In this document: piece by piece, positions 9,276 through 18,671 of the stretch
How the letters are laid out: the number at the start of each line of letters is the position of its first letter
How positions within the stretch are numbered: the stretch's first letter is position 1
Assembly (NCBI GenBank): GCA_016700035.1
Contig: CP064998.1
Location: 727,551-791,550 of the forward strand
Length of the DNA stretch: 64,000 nt
Direction: 5' to 3'
Origin: a bacterium
Lineage (GTDB): Bacteria; Patescibacteriota; Saccharimonadia; CAILAD01; GCA-016700035
Position numbers and translations under genes: made by a program
Notes under the pieces: generated by a model
Told to the model about the DNA's origin: nothing
The model's input: only the letters and a program-made list of their open reading frames with translations
The model's database searches: none

Positions 9276-11032
9276 GCGTAGAGCTCCGTCGGGTCAGTGG
9301 TAATCAGCGGATGTTCTTTATCACTGGCCACAACCTTAACAGCAACGTGGTTCTGGTCGGCAATAATCAGGGCATCGCCACGCCCGCAGGTCAGCAGAAA
9401 GTTTTCCTCGTACTCACTCAAATGAAACTCGCTCGCCACATTCTTAATAGTGGTAGTGTCCTGGCGCATGAGAATTCTTAGGCTACTCTGTGAAGCGATC
9501 ACCCGACCATAGTTACTTTTGAGGAAATCATCAGCTTGCTGGGTAACAAACGATACACCGAGGTAGTATTTACGAGCCCGACGGACCAGTCCAGCAATAA
9601 AGCGGGCACTTGGTTCATGCTCTAGCAGTGACCAACCCTCATCAATCACCAACAGTCGCTTTTCGGGTTTTACTTTGACTTGGTTTTGAATGAAGTTAGA
9701 AACAATCAACATCATGATTGGCCTGAGATTAGCCGGCATATCTTTAATGTCAAAAATCACTAAACGGTTATCCAGTTTGATGTTAGTCTGTGAGTTAAAG
9801 ATTTCAGCACTGGAGCCACTAATATATTTCTCTAGCCGTTCACACAGTTGCAATTGACCAAGGCTGTGTAGTTCAGCATACAAATCTTCAAGCAGTGGAT
9901 GTTGCTTCTTAGCTTTTCTGTAGACTCGTAAGATTGCTTTATCGACCGCCGCTTTCTCACGTTTATCCAGTCCCTCCGCCATCAGGTCAATCACGGCCGT
10001 CAGGTCTTGGACGTGCTCAGCCAGGTCAGCTTTAGTGTGAAAAGTGGTTGCTAGGTCAAATGGGTTAATCTTTTGTTTGCTTTTAGCCGACAGTTTGATA
10101 TAGGTACCGTTGACGGTTTCACTCAGTCGTTTATATTCACGCTCTGGGTCAATCACCAGCACTTTCGTGCCTTGCATCAGTTGTCTAAGTATCTCAACCT
10201 TAGTGGTATAGCTTTTACCCGAGCCGGATTGAGCAAACACAATTGAATTGGCATTATGCAAGCTAAAACGATCCAAAATAACCAGCGAGTTATTGGACTT
10301 ATTCACGCCATACAAAATACCGGACTCTTGCACGAGTTCAGATGACATAAACGGAAATGTTAACGCTGCACTGGAGCTATCTAAGTTTCTCTTTTGCGCT
10401 AATTGATCTTCGCCTCTAGGCAAAATAGATTGCAAGGCTTCAAGTTGTTGGTAGCGGGCTACTTTGGAATAAAACAACCGAGCTGACATAGTTGCTTCCA
10501 GTAACTTGGTAGTTTTGTTGAGCTCCTCCAAGCTATCGGCTCGGATAGCTACGTAGATAGACATTTGAAACAGTTTTTCCTGGCCACGTTGGATTTTGTC
10601 TCTCAGTTCAATCGCCGATTCGAGCGGGTCAGTGATTTCTGAGCCAATAATCTTACCAGCTTGCATCATCGAGCGTCTGGTGCTTTCCAGTTCGGTAATC
10701 TTGCGGTGCAGTTTTGGCAGGGCGTGCAAGGCACTGACTTCATACAGATGGTAGCTAATGTCGGTATTGTGGTTGAAGTTAATGATGCTATCCAACCAAC
10801 CGGAACTGGCCGTAAATGGATAGCCAGAAATATAGATCGTCCGCATGTACACACCGTCGATCACGAGGTGGTCAACGTTTTCCTCTAGTCCAGCGTAACT
10901 AAGAGCATCAACGGCATCTTGTTCGCCAAATGCTAAGTTCAGTTCTTTTTGCTTTTCTTGCCTAGTTTTTTGGTAATTTTGCAGTGGTTCCAGCACTTTA
11001 TTGATATCAATCATCGGGGTCTCCTTTCTCAA
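9272..11032 (-). CDS. VirB4/TraC/TrbE-family conjugative ATPase, C-terminal ATPase portion (586 aa).
   Basis: Walker A AQSGSGKSYTTK. LVIDPEREY. Walker B-like RLLVIDEGWSLL. Sized as the C-terminal two-thirds of Gram-positive VirB4 homologues. Confidence 0.7.
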   Translation of the reverse strand: MRKETPMIDINKVLEPLQNYQKTRQEKQKELNLAFGEQDAVDALSYAGLEENVDHLVIDGVYMRTIYISGYPFTASSGWLDSIINFNHNTDISYHLYEVSALHALPKLHRKITELESTRRSMMQAGKIIGSEITDPLESAIELRDKIQRGQEKLFQMSIYVAIRADSLEELNKTTKLLEATMSARLFYSKVARYQQLEALQSILPRGEDQLAQKRNLDSSSAALTFPFMSSELVQESGILYGVNKSNNSLVILDRFSLHNANSIVFAQSGSGKSYTTKVEILRQLMQGTKVLVIDPEREYKRLSETVNGTYIKLSAKSKQKINPFDLATTFHTKADLAEHVQDLTAVIDLMAEGLDKREKAAVDKAILRVYRKAKKQHPLLEDLYAELHSLGQLQLCERLEKYISGSSAEIFNSQTNIKLDNRLVIFDIKDMPANLRPIMMLIVSNFIQNQVKVKPEKRLLVIDEGWSLLEHEPSARFIAGLVRRARKYYLGVSFVTQQADDFLKSNYGRVIASQSSLRILMRQDTTTIKNVASEFHLSEYEENFLLTCGRGDALIIADQNHVAVKVVASDKEHPLITTDPTELYA

Positions 11033-11642
11033 TCAGGGCGGTGTGGATGAGACTCAGGGCCGTTTCAGTCAGCGGTTGAACTTTAGCCTGAACAGGACTA
11101 TAGAAGCTGTAGAACAAATCAAGAATCTCCAAGCTACCAAGCTGGCGAGTGTGCATACCAAGCCGAGACATTCCCTTAGTCACGATGTCTATTTTGAGAT
11201 TGAGTTGCTCTTTAATTAACTCAAAGTCTGTTTTATTGTCAGCAGTGTACGGAATAATCAGGTAGAAGTGGCGGGTCAGGATTTTGTTGCTAGTAATCAG
11301 CGAGCGGATGAACTCATCGTAATTATGTAGTTGTTTTTGGTAGATTTTTTCAGTCTCACCTTTGAGGCGCTCCGCCAGATCTTCCAGGTATTTATCCATG
11401 TCAATCTCACGAGTACGAATCAGGACTTGTATGTTAGTGCCGAGTGAGTTTAAGAAATTCTCGTAGGTGTCTATGATAGCGTCCTGCTCAGTCTCACTTT
11501 TCAGCTCAAAGTTCAGTGCCGATACTTGCAGCACCACTCGGTACTGGTTGTGCGGCAAAAGCAATATACCGTCTCGTACGCCCTTAATAGCGATCTGGGA
11601 CCGAGCGCTACTTTTAGTCCTCGACTTCTGTAAGGCGAACAT
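11007..11642 (-). CDS. Probable N-terminal domain of a split VirB4 (211 aa). It overlaps the downstream ATPase ORF by 26 nt in another frame.
   Basis: 211 + 586 aa is about 800 aa, the size of PrgJ/TcpF/Orf16-type VirB4. The two ORFs are adjacent, on the same strand and overlapping. No independent motif was found in this piece. Confidence 0.4.
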   Translation of the reverse strand: MFALQKSRTKSSARSQIAIKGVRDGILLLPHNQYRVVLQVSALNFELKSETEQDAIIDTYENFLNSLGTNIQVLIRTREIDMDKYLEDLAERLKGETEKIYQKQLHNYDEFIRSLITSNKILTRHFYLIIPYTADNKTDFELIKEQLNLKIDIVTKGMSRLGMHTRQLGSLEILDLFYSFYSPVQAKVQPLTETALSLIHTALIEKGDPDD

Positions 11643-12117
11643 ATAAGGCTCCTTTCTTGGTCATTTCAAATCTTAAATTACTGCCAGGTTTGTTGATGGT
11701 TTCTAGCACTTGGGCAGCATCGTGAAAGGCTAGTTTCGGTAGAGGTGGTACCTTTGCGGCTGTCGTGCTTGTCTGCTCACTTGCATCAGTTTTTTTGATC
11801 GTATATTCTTCTCGGTAATCAGCACTTTTCTGAAATACATAGTGCCGAGGACGCAGGTTATAGCGCAGAATTGTAACCAGCCAGAAAAGCACAATCTTGC
11901 CTTTGATGCGGATAGCCAGGATGCCGGATAGAAGTGCAATCACACTCATCACCAGGTACTTATATATGTTGCCCTCCATAATAGGCGGCAGTATGACAAA
12001 TAGTCCGGCACCAACAAAGATTGGTACGATACATAACACCAGTTGAGAGAAACCCAGGTTACCCATAATCCGATCTTCTACGGTAGTAACTTGGGCGGGA
12101 ACGGCAGTGCTTCTCAT
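11614..12117 (-). CDS. VirB3/PrgI-like small T4SS membrane protein (167 aa, two TM helices).
   Basis: Two hydrophobic helices (IVPIFVGAGLFVILPP, LVMSVIALLSGILAI). Located directly upstream of VirB4, as in Gram-positive T4SS loci. Confidence 0.4.
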   Translation of the reverse strand: MRSTAVPAQVTTVEDRIMGNLGFSQLVLCIVPIFVGAGLFVILPPIMEGNIYKYLVMSVIALLSGILAIRIKGKIVLFWLVTILRYNLRPRHYVFQKSADYREEYTIKKTDASEQTSTTAAKVPPLPKLAFHDAAQVLETINKPGSNLRFEMTKKGALYVRLTEVED

Positions 12118-13604
12118 GATTTTGTCTCCTTACTTTTACTTGCTGATTGCTTGATAGCTCCATCTCGAGGGGTTGGCTTCAGGGCCTCATTAGTCGTACC
12201 AGTCTTACCGGACACCAATGTGCCTTTACGGTGTGGTGTGCTTGGGCTAGCTTCAGCACCTCTCTTGGTGGCATAACTCGCAGTCTGAGTCCGATCGGTC
12301 TTGAGTCCTTGCGGATGAGTGCCAGTGTGTGATCCAGCTGATTTCACACCACTAGTCTTACTGCCAGCTGCGCCTGCCACTGCTTTACCTTTGCCAGTCA
12401 TGTAGCTAACACCATTCATAAACTGGCTGCCGAGCTTGCGGGCATTACGTGAGCCCATGCTGACATAGCTAAACTGCATCATGACACCTTGGGTTTTGAG
12501 TAGCACCAGTACCGTAGCTAGTCCAACTACCATCGACATCAGGACATTCGGCACCTGATTATCCCCACTCGTCGCCGACATACCGGTAAACAGGGTGGCG
12601 GCCAGCATCAGTGTCACCACATGCACAAACAGCACAAAGATCGTCGTCACATAGGTCTTGATTGCCGACACCGAAAAGTCTCGGAAACTAGGGATTAGCC
12701 ACAATGCAATTACCATCGGGGACAGTACTGCACCCAGAAATAGCACGACTAAACGGCCGACGTAGTAGACCAGCAATATGACCGAGAAGATTAAAAAAGC
12801 CAGCATGACCAGCAGTGCTGCTGCACCTTGACCACCACTTTCTTTAACTACTGCCGTCAGTGTGTCCCAGACTGAACTCGCACCACTGACTTTAGTAATT
12901 GCAGTAATCAGTACGTTGGATAGTTCGATCAGAGCATCGATGAAGAAGATCGAGGTGTTGATGAGCAAGAAAGCCAGCCCTAGCCGGGGCAGCAACTTCT
13001 TGATATCGAGCTCATCGAAGCCAAATGTCGTTGCACTCATAACGTGGAAACCGAGCAGTGCCACTATCAGAATAAACAGCACATCCGTAATGCCAACTAC
13101 TGCCAACCATAGACTAAAGACCCCTGAGTTTTGCAGCATCAGGGGTGTCTCTTTCGTAAAGTAATCCAGCGCCGCAAGGAACGGCGCAGCCACCGCTTGA
13201 ATTATATTATTGAGAAATCCCGTCACCGCTTTAATTAACACTTCTACCAAGCCACTACCAACATTATCAGGTTCAATCGCTTGAAGTGTTGGCAGTGTGG
13301 CGTTATTGGTGCCCGATGGGTCACCATAAGCACCAGATAAAATCGTGGTCAGTGTGGCAGCACCAAGGACTAAGACCAGACCAATCAGGGCGTTCTTAAT
13401 AACCCGTTTGGCATTTTCCAGAGCCTCGGGATTGCCGCTGCTGGTGATGTACTGATAGCCACCATTGACCAGGAAAAAGACACAGGCGATTGAGGCCAGA
13501 CCGGCTAGCACCCGAATAGTCGGTCCAACGTAATCCCGCATTACGGTGATAGCACCCGAGGTGTCCGCCAGGATTGGCAGACTACTGTGCACGACATTAA
13601 TCAC
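12114..13604 (-). CDS. VirB6/TrbL-like polytopic T4SS membrane protein (496 aa), with a low-complexity S/T/G/K-rich C-terminal tail.
   Basis: At least six predicted TM helices. The N-terminal segment shares the motif YITSSGNPE with the upstream pilin-like protein. The C-terminal 120 aa are Ser/Thr/Gly/Lys-rich. Confidence 0.5.
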   Translation of the reverse strand: MINVVHSSLPILADTSGAITVMRDYVGPTIRVLAGLASIACVFFLVNGGYQYITSSGNPEALENAKRVIKNALIGLVLVLGAATLTTILSGAYGDPSGTNNATLPTLQAIEPDNVGSGLVEVLIKAVTGFLNNIIQAVAAPFLAALDYFTKETPLMLQNSGVFSLWLAVVGITDVLFILIVALLGFHVMSATTFGFDELDIKKLLPRLGLAFLLINTSIFFIDALIELSNVLITAITKVSGASSVWDTLTAVVKESGGQGAAALLVMLAFLIFSVILLVYYVGRLVVLFLGAVLSPMVIALWLIPSFRDFSVSAIKTYVTTIFVLFVHVVTLMLAATLFTGMSATSGDNQVPNVLMSMVVGLATVLVLLKTQGVMMQFSYVSMGSRNARKLGSQFMNGVSYMTGKGKAVAGAAGSKTSGVKSAGSHTGTHPQGLKTDRTQTASYATKRGAEASPSTPHRKGTLVSGKTGTTNEALKPTPRDGAIKQSASKSKETKS

Positions 13605-13608
13605 GGTG

Positions 13609-13947
13609 TTACCCTCCGAATGCGCTGCTTGCCAGTGAAGTTACGATATTGCTAATCACAAATGCACCGATCACGATAGCCAGGCCAATCAAGGAGTAGG
13701 TAATTGTTTTCTTACCACGATCTAAATGTTCAGGATTACCGGAGCTGGTGATATAGATAAAACCACCTGCAACTAAAAAGCCGGTCGCAACAAGACCGGC
13801 TAGTCCAGCAAAAACCGTGATAATTGATCTAATAAAGTTTTCGACATTACTAACCCCAGCAGTTGCAGCCAAAACAGGCGGAGCATACAAAAGTTGAGTC
13901 CCTGTTACCAAAAAGGCTATGAGTTTTAACTTAGTCCTAGATCGCAT
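13609..13947 (-). CDS. VirB2/TrbC-like pilin-family protein (113 aa): signal peptide plus two hydrophobic helices separated by a short polar loop. Start reassigned to ATG at 13947 with an upstream AAGGAGG RBS.
   Basis: MRSRTKLKLIAFLVTGTQLLYAPPVLAATAG is signal-peptide-like. The helices are FAGLAGLVATGFLVAGGFIYI and SLIGLAIVIGAFVISNIVT. The rc of cctcctt at 13954-13960 is the RBS. Confidence 0.45.
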   Translation of the reverse strand: MRSRTKLKLIAFLVTGTQLLYAPPVLAATAGVSNVENFIRSIITVFAGLAGLVATGFLVAGGFIYITSSGNPEHLDRGKKTITYSLIGLAIVIGAFVISNIVTSLASSAFGG

Positions 13948-14201
13948 GTTACTCCTCCTTATGTCTGTAATAAATCTAGCACACACTATTGCGTACATGC
14001 AAATTATATTATATACATAAGCAATATAAGGGGTGCGGCGTTGCCGCTTCATTGACAGGTTTGCTACACTAGTAGAGTGAAAGCTAAGATAAAAACTCGA
14101 AAACATAGACCACTTAGGCGTAAATTAGTCAGCTCGAAACTCAAACTTACACCGTACCTTGATATACCGCTCAAGTAGAATCATGACTCAAGGACAAAAC
14201 C

Positions 14202-14230
14202 TTGACATTATCTTAGAATTATATTATAGT
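14202..14230 (+). promoter_or_regulatory. Consensus sigma-70-type promoter P1 (TTGACA, 17-nt spacer, TATAGT) upstream of the DGR target gene.
   Basis: ttgacattatcttagaattatattatagt: exact -35 hexamer, 17-bp spacer, near-consensus -10. Confidence 0.5.
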
Positions 14231-14265
14231 TATATTCCTAATTTTCGGCGCGCTTTTTCTAAATT

Positions 14266-14293
14266 TTGACACTATGCTAAAGCTTGTTATAAT
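14266..14293 (+). promoter_or_regulatory. Second consensus promoter P2 (TTGACA, 16-nt spacer, TATAAT), overlapping the first ATG of the ORF track.
   Basis: ttgacactatgctaaagcttgttataat: perfect -35 and -10 hexamers. This implies translation starts downstream at ATG 14307. Confidence 0.5.
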
Positions 14294-14306
14294 ATTTTTG
14301 AATACC

Positions 14307-15191
14307 ATGAAGCGTGATGTACAACCCAGATCAAGTTTGAACACCGGCCGCCAAATTCTCGATAAATTTGTACGGTCAAGGCATAGTCGTGCCGCCATAC
14401 TCCTGGGAATTCTCGTCGCCGTTACTTTTGTCGGACTGAGAGTCTACCACGCCTACGCCGAAACGTACCCAGGCGGCAGCGACAATGGCCAGACCTCCCG
14501 TCTCAAAAGTTTGTCCGACGATCTGCAAACTTTAGGCTTCGGCAGCCCGACCAACTCCCCAGATTGGGGTTCTTTGTGGAATCGCATCAACACAGCATCT
14601 CGCTGGACACCGCCAGGTGATGTCACCACCTCGGACGTTCGTCTCGGAAAAAAGTTTTACAACAACAATCGCACAGAGCAGACCGGCACACTTTCAGCTG
14701 TTGGTCCGTGCCCAACTCAGGACTGGAACGACGGTCACGCCTCAGCCAATCAGACCGCAAACTGTGTCGACACTGTCACCTGGACAGTTCCATCACCAGT
14801 CGTCACTGGAGACGACAAGCGTGACCCTCGCACCGGACTTGCCTGGAGTCAGTGTCTCATCAACAGCAGTGGTACTGTGACTTTCGGACCATCTGGTTGC
14901 ACCAGCTGGTCCTGGGACGCCTCCGCTGCTGCCAATGTGGCAGTCGGTGGTAAAACGGCATCCCAGTTGTGCTCCGAGCGCAACGGCGGAGGCGTTTGGC
15001 GTCTTCCCACTCAGAAAGAACTCATGCAGGCCTACATTGACGGCTCAAGCTACAACCTTACTTCCACCGGTGCGACCCACTGGAGTCTGACCCAGTTCTC
15101 GGGTTCGGTTGCGTGGTTCGTGTACCTCAGTAATGGCACCACGGGTACCACCAATAAGACGAGTACCTACTATGTCCGTTGCGTCCGGTAA
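14307..15191 (+). CDS. DGR target protein: membrane-anchored, with a C-terminal C-type-lectin/DUF1566-like domain carrying the variable region. The ORF track starts at 14274, but 14307 is preferred because of promoter P2.
   Basis: TM helix AAILLGILVAVTFVGLRVY. The C-terminal WRLPTQKELMQAYIDGSSYNLTS...VRCVR resembles the DUF1566/FGE-type CLec fold of DGR targets. The last ~120 nt match TR 18479-18601 except at TR adenines. Confidence 0.8.
   Translation: MKRDVQPRSSLNTGRQILDKFVRSRHSRAAILLGILVAVTFVGLRVYHAYAETYPGGSDNGQTSRLKSLSDDLQTLGFGSPTNSPDWGSLWNRINTASRWTPPGDVTTSDVRLGKKFYNNNRTEQTGTLSAVGPCPTQDWNDGHASANQTANCVDTVTWTVPSPVVTGDDKRDPRTGLAWSQCLINSSGTVTFGPSGCTSWSWDASAAANVAVGGKTASQLCSERNGGGVWRLPTQKELMQAYIDGSSYNLTSTGATHWSLTQFSGSVAWFVYLSNGTTGTTNKTSTYYVRCVR
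15066..15188 (+). repeat. VR1: the active variable region of the DGR target gene.
   Basis: Codon-by-codon alignment with the TR. All 17 differences fall on TR adenines (for example aac to acc, ttc, tac or ggt). The shared 3' IMH-like end is gtccgttgcgtccgg. Confidence 0.8.
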
Positions 15192-15329
15192 TCATTTGGT
15201 TATTGGATTATTTGGTTATTAGTCTTACCGCCGTAGGCGGCCGAAGCAATTTTTTTCGGGGGTAGGAGTAAAGGGTAGTTTTGCCTTAAGGCTTAGAGAC
15301 ACTGAAGCTTTGCTATATACTACTCTACA

Positions 15330-15716
15330 ATGAAGATATTCGATATTCTTTTTGAAGATGGTGCAGAACCTGAACCCCACGAAATACAGACTGCACTCTT
15401 CCTGCGTAAGACAGGTAAGAAAATAACGTTCATAGCACCCAAGAATCGAACCGGTGTGAAAACACCAGATATCCGCATGGATAGCTTACATTGGGAAATT
15501 AAATCGCCTATGAGTGCCAGTGCACGATCAATTGAACATGCTTTTCGTAGCGCTCTTAAACAGTCCGGAAATGTGATATTTGACTTGCGGCGTAGCAAGG
15601 CAAGTGACATGGCTAATCTAGCAAAAATAAACCGACAGATAAAGTTGATAAAGGGTAAGAAACTACGACGGGTACTCGTAATCACAAAGAAAGAAAAACT
15701 ACTTGACTTAAAGTAA
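15330..15716 (+). CDS. Hypothetical 128-aa protein with a possible PD-(D/E)xK nuclease-fold motif.
   Basis: The segment GVKTPDIRMDSLHWEIKSP carries a PD...ExK arrangement with 11-aa spacing. This is weak, single-motif evidence. Confidence 0.3.
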   Translation: MKIFDILFEDGAEPEPHEIQTALFLRKTGKKITFIAPKNRTGVKTPDIRMDSLHWEIKSPMSASARSIEHAFRSALKQSGNVIFDLRRSKASDMANLAKINRQIKLIKGKKLRRVLVITKKEKLLDLK

Positions 15717-15838
15717 CTATTCATGCTAATGTATTGGTACAGGCACCGAGGCCTCTGCTGGATAGCTAGGGTTGCGGTGTCTTTATATGTATGTTTACTT
15801 ATGGTCAGTGACTAGACTTCAGGCTGCTTCCTTCCATA

Positions 15839-16027
15839 TTACCGGACGCAACGGACAAGGCGGGCACCCGTCTTAGCGGCGGTTTCCGTGACGCCATTAC
15901 CAAGGTACACCTGCCACGCACCAGTAACCGAGTTATGAGTCAAACTCCAGTGGGCCGCAGCGGTGGAAGTAAGGTTGTAGCTTGAGCCGTCAATGTAGGC
16001 CTGCATGAGTTCTTTCTGAGTGGGAAG
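15839..16027 (-). repeat. VR-like cassette 2 (minus strand): a promoterless 3' fragment of a target-type gene with a distinct variable region.
   Basis: It encodes ...PTQKELMQAYIDGSSYNLTSTAAAHWSLTHNSVTGAWQVYLGNGVTETAAKTGARLVRCVR*. The 5' and 3' ends (VRCVR plus stop) are conserved. The variable part has the same length (35 codons) as VR1 and the TR. Confidence 0.65.
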
Positions 16028-16110
16028 ACGGCTTGAACACTCCAAGTATAGCGGATTACTTATATTACCAAAAGTTGCCATCTTTAACTACTTTTGGTAG
16101 TATTGATATT

Positions 16111-17331
16111 ATGCTACTGCAACGAACCGAATATATCGATAGGCTACTCAAGCTTAGAGATAAAAATGTCATAAAGGTTATCACTGGTGTTCGCCGTTCG
16201 GGTAAGTCAACACTATTATCGATATATCGCAGTAAACTTGAGGAAAGTGGTGTGAGTCAGGCACGCATACAAACCTATAACTACGAAGATCCTCGAGTGA
16301 ATGACATGCTTGACTGGCGCGAAATATATCACTCTATAGAGAGCAAGCTCGTGAGTGATACGAAAAACTACGTGTTTCTAGATGAGATACAAGTTGTTCC
16401 TGAGTTCGAGAAATTAGTGGATGGTCTGTTTATTCATGATGACATCGACTTATACATTACTGGTTCAAATGCGTTCTTGCTATCGAGCGAACTAGCGACG
16501 CTTCTATCGGGTAGATACATTAGTACTCATGTTCTGCCTTTGTCTTTCGCTGAATACTCCCAGGCGTTTCCTGATGAGAATAGGGATCGTGTTTTTGAGC
16601 GCTACCTGAACAGTAGCACGCTACCTGAGACAATAGAGATCGCCGAAGGCAGTCCAGAGCTCGTTGCTGACTACGTGCGTGACGTATATCAGACGGTGGT
16701 ACAAAAAGACATTCGGAGTCGTTTTGCAATCCGCGATATGGATAACTTCGAAAAAGTCGTCAAGTTTGCTTTCGATAACATTGGCAACCTCGTATCTGCC
16801 AAAAGTATTGCTGATGCTCTGAATGCAGGCAATACTGCACATCAGCAAGACATATCACACAAAACAGTCACAAACTATCTCGAGTATCTCACGACATCAT
16901 ACCTTCTCTACAAAGCTGACCGCTACGATATTAAAGGTAAACAGCTCCTTAAAACACAAGAAAAATACTATGCGGTTGATCTCGGACTACGGAGCGTGTT
17001 GCTGGGGCAAAGGACAGATATTGATCTTGGGCATAAGCTTGAAAACATCGTGTATCTGGAATTACGCCGTCGCAATAACGGTCACATTCTCGTCGGTAAG
17101 TCAGATAGTAAAGAGGTGGATTTTGTCGTACAAAACACATCCGATGATCGGCAGTATTACCAGGTCGCCCTGACGGTTAAGGACGAAAAAACACTTGCCA
17201 GAGAGCTTGAGCCACTCCAAAGAATTCGTGACAATTACCAGAAGATTCTCTTAACGACTGATTACGATGACAGTGTGTATGAGGGCATCCGTAAGATCAA
17301 CGTGGTTGATTGGTTACTTACCACTGAATGA
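16111..17331 (+). CDS. AAA+ ATPase of the COG1373/DUF4143 family (406 aa from ATG 16111).
   Basis: P-loop GVRRSGKSTLL. Walker B VFLDEIQ. Length and motif order are typical of COG1373 ATPases. Confidence 0.6.
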   Translation: MLLQRTEYIDRLLKLRDKNVIKVITGVRRSGKSTLLSIYRSKLEESGVSQARIQTYNYEDPRVNDMLDWREIYHSIESKLVSDTKNYVFLDEIQVVPEFEKLVDGLFIHDDIDLYITGSNAFLLSSELATLLSGRYISTHVLPLSFAEYSQAFPDENRDRVFERYLNSSTLPETIEIAEGSPELVADYVRDVYQTVVQKDIRSRFAIRDMDNFEKVVKFAFDNIGNLVSAKSIADALNAGNTAHQQDISHKTVTNYLEYLTTSYLLYKADRYDIKGKQLLKTQEKYYAVDLGLRSVLLGQRTDIDLGHKLENIVYLELRRRNNGHILVGKSDSKEVDFVVQNTSDDRQYYQVALTVKDEKTLARELEPLQRIRDNYQKILLTTDYDDSVYEGIRKINVVDWLLTTE

Positions 17332-17437
17332 ACTAAAGCTCATCTAAGGATATTCGAAGATACCTTAATGGGCATACCAGATACATATCATGGTCAATTT
17401 CAGTAGATTGAGTTGTGGTAGCTTCCTTGCACAATAC

Positions 17438-17627
17438 CGGACGCAACGAACAGAGCTGGGCTGCGTCTTATTGGCGCTACCCGTGGCGCCATTACTGAGG
17501 GTCAAGGCCCACGCACTCGAACCCGAGTTCTGGGTCAAACTCCAGTTGCCCGCAGCGGTGGAAGTAAGGTTGTAGCTTGAGCCGTCAATGTAGGCCTGCA
17601 TGAGTTCTTTCTGAGTGGGAAAGAACT
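17438..17627 (-). repeat. VR-like cassette 3 (minus strand). The stop after VRCVR has mutated (taa to tat), giving a read-through tail.
   Basis: It encodes MQAYIDGSSYNLTSTAAGNWSLTQNSGSSAWALTLSNGATGSANKTQPSSVRCVRY.... Same conserved flanks and the same 35-codon variable segment. Confidence 0.65.
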
Positions 17628-17865
17628 CAGCCTTATGTAGATATGGAATTCAACTCCATTTTGCATTTAACCTAAGTATAATATTTCATCCTACCTATCC
17701 TTTTAAGAAAATACCGTATGTTCAGGTTCAGTACATTGAGAGCACCGCTACTTCATTAAGATACAGGCATAGAGAGAAAATAACCCCATTTCGGAATATC
17801 GTAGTATTATGGTTATAGTTAACTTTAATTAAACTAAAAAACGTCTAAATGGCAAGGGACGCATT

Positions 17866-18222
17866 GTGGCTCGTTACGAACACTTACCAGTATTCAATGA
17901 TACCTACGATCTAAACCTGTATTTCTTTAAGTTGTCACGTGGCTTTCCAAAAGACTATAAGTACGGTTTATCGCAAGAAATCAGGGCGCTGCTGACCGAA
18001 CTGTTAGATGACATCATTATTGCCAATAGTAGCCCCGATAAACAAACCGTTCTCAAGCGGGCTGCGCTCATAATAGAACGGATTAAGTTTAAGATTCGGA
18101 TATTAAAAGACCTTAAAATTATGAATGTCCGCAGTTACGAGTACTTTTCAAAGCGCCTAATTGCCGTATCGAAGCAAATTAATAAATGGGGTGACTGGTC
18201 GAGAGGCAAGCAGCCAGCCTAA
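17866..18222 (+). CDS. avd: DGR accessory variability determinant Avd (four-helix-bundle, 23S-rRNA-IVS-protein family), 118 aa.
   Basis: The motif FPKDYKYGLSQEIRA matches the FPKEEKYGLTSQ signature of Avd/IVS proteins. The ~120-aa size and the position upstream of TR and RT both fit. Confidence 0.7.
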   Translation: MARYEHLPVFNDTYDLNLYFFKLSRGFPKDYKYGLSQEIRALLTELLDDIIIANSSPDKQTVLKRAALIIERIKFKIRILKDLKIMNVRSYEYFSKRLIAVSKQINKWGDWSRGKQPA

Positions 18223-18478
18223 ACCAGTTGTCGGCCCATAGGTGTGCTAAAAACTCTGGCGCTCCACTTGGGCCTATAACAGGCCCAAAAGAAAGGCATA
18301 ACGTGAGAGCCGGTAGTTTTTGCTATTATGGCTATCTACCGGGAGGAAGCAAGTGCCCCATTACGGCTGTCGCTCCTATTCTTTTAATAGAGTAGGAATA
18401 CTATCAGGAGCTACTACACTGCTCGTCAGTGATGTGGTACCCCTAACTGGCCGAAAGTCGGCAGCAGATACCTAGGCC

Positions 18479-18601
18479 CCCGCTGCGAACCACTGGAGTC
18501 TGACCCAGAACTCGGGTTCGAATGCGTGGAACGTGAACCTCAGTAATGGCAACACGAATAACAACAATAAGACGAATACCAACTATGTCCGTTGCGTCCG
18601 G
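18479..18601 (+). repeat. DGR template repeat (TR): an asparagine-codon-rich (AAC/AAT) template lacking the 5' coding context.
   Basis: It translates as AANHWSLTQNSGSNAWNVNLSNGNTNNNNKTNTNYVRCVR, with 13 Asn codons. VR1 differs from it only at A positions. There is no start codon and no conserved MQAYIDGSS segment upstream. Confidence 0.8.
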
Positions 18602-18671
18602 TACAGGGGCGCCTTTCTTTTTAATAAGGTTAGTAAACCCAATAATGAATCTTTCCCACTTAAGATAAGAA

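Noticed and set aside
14617-14880. Nested plus-strand ORF inside the DGR target gene
   Set aside because: It is an alternative frame of a well-supported CDS, with a low-complexity translation.
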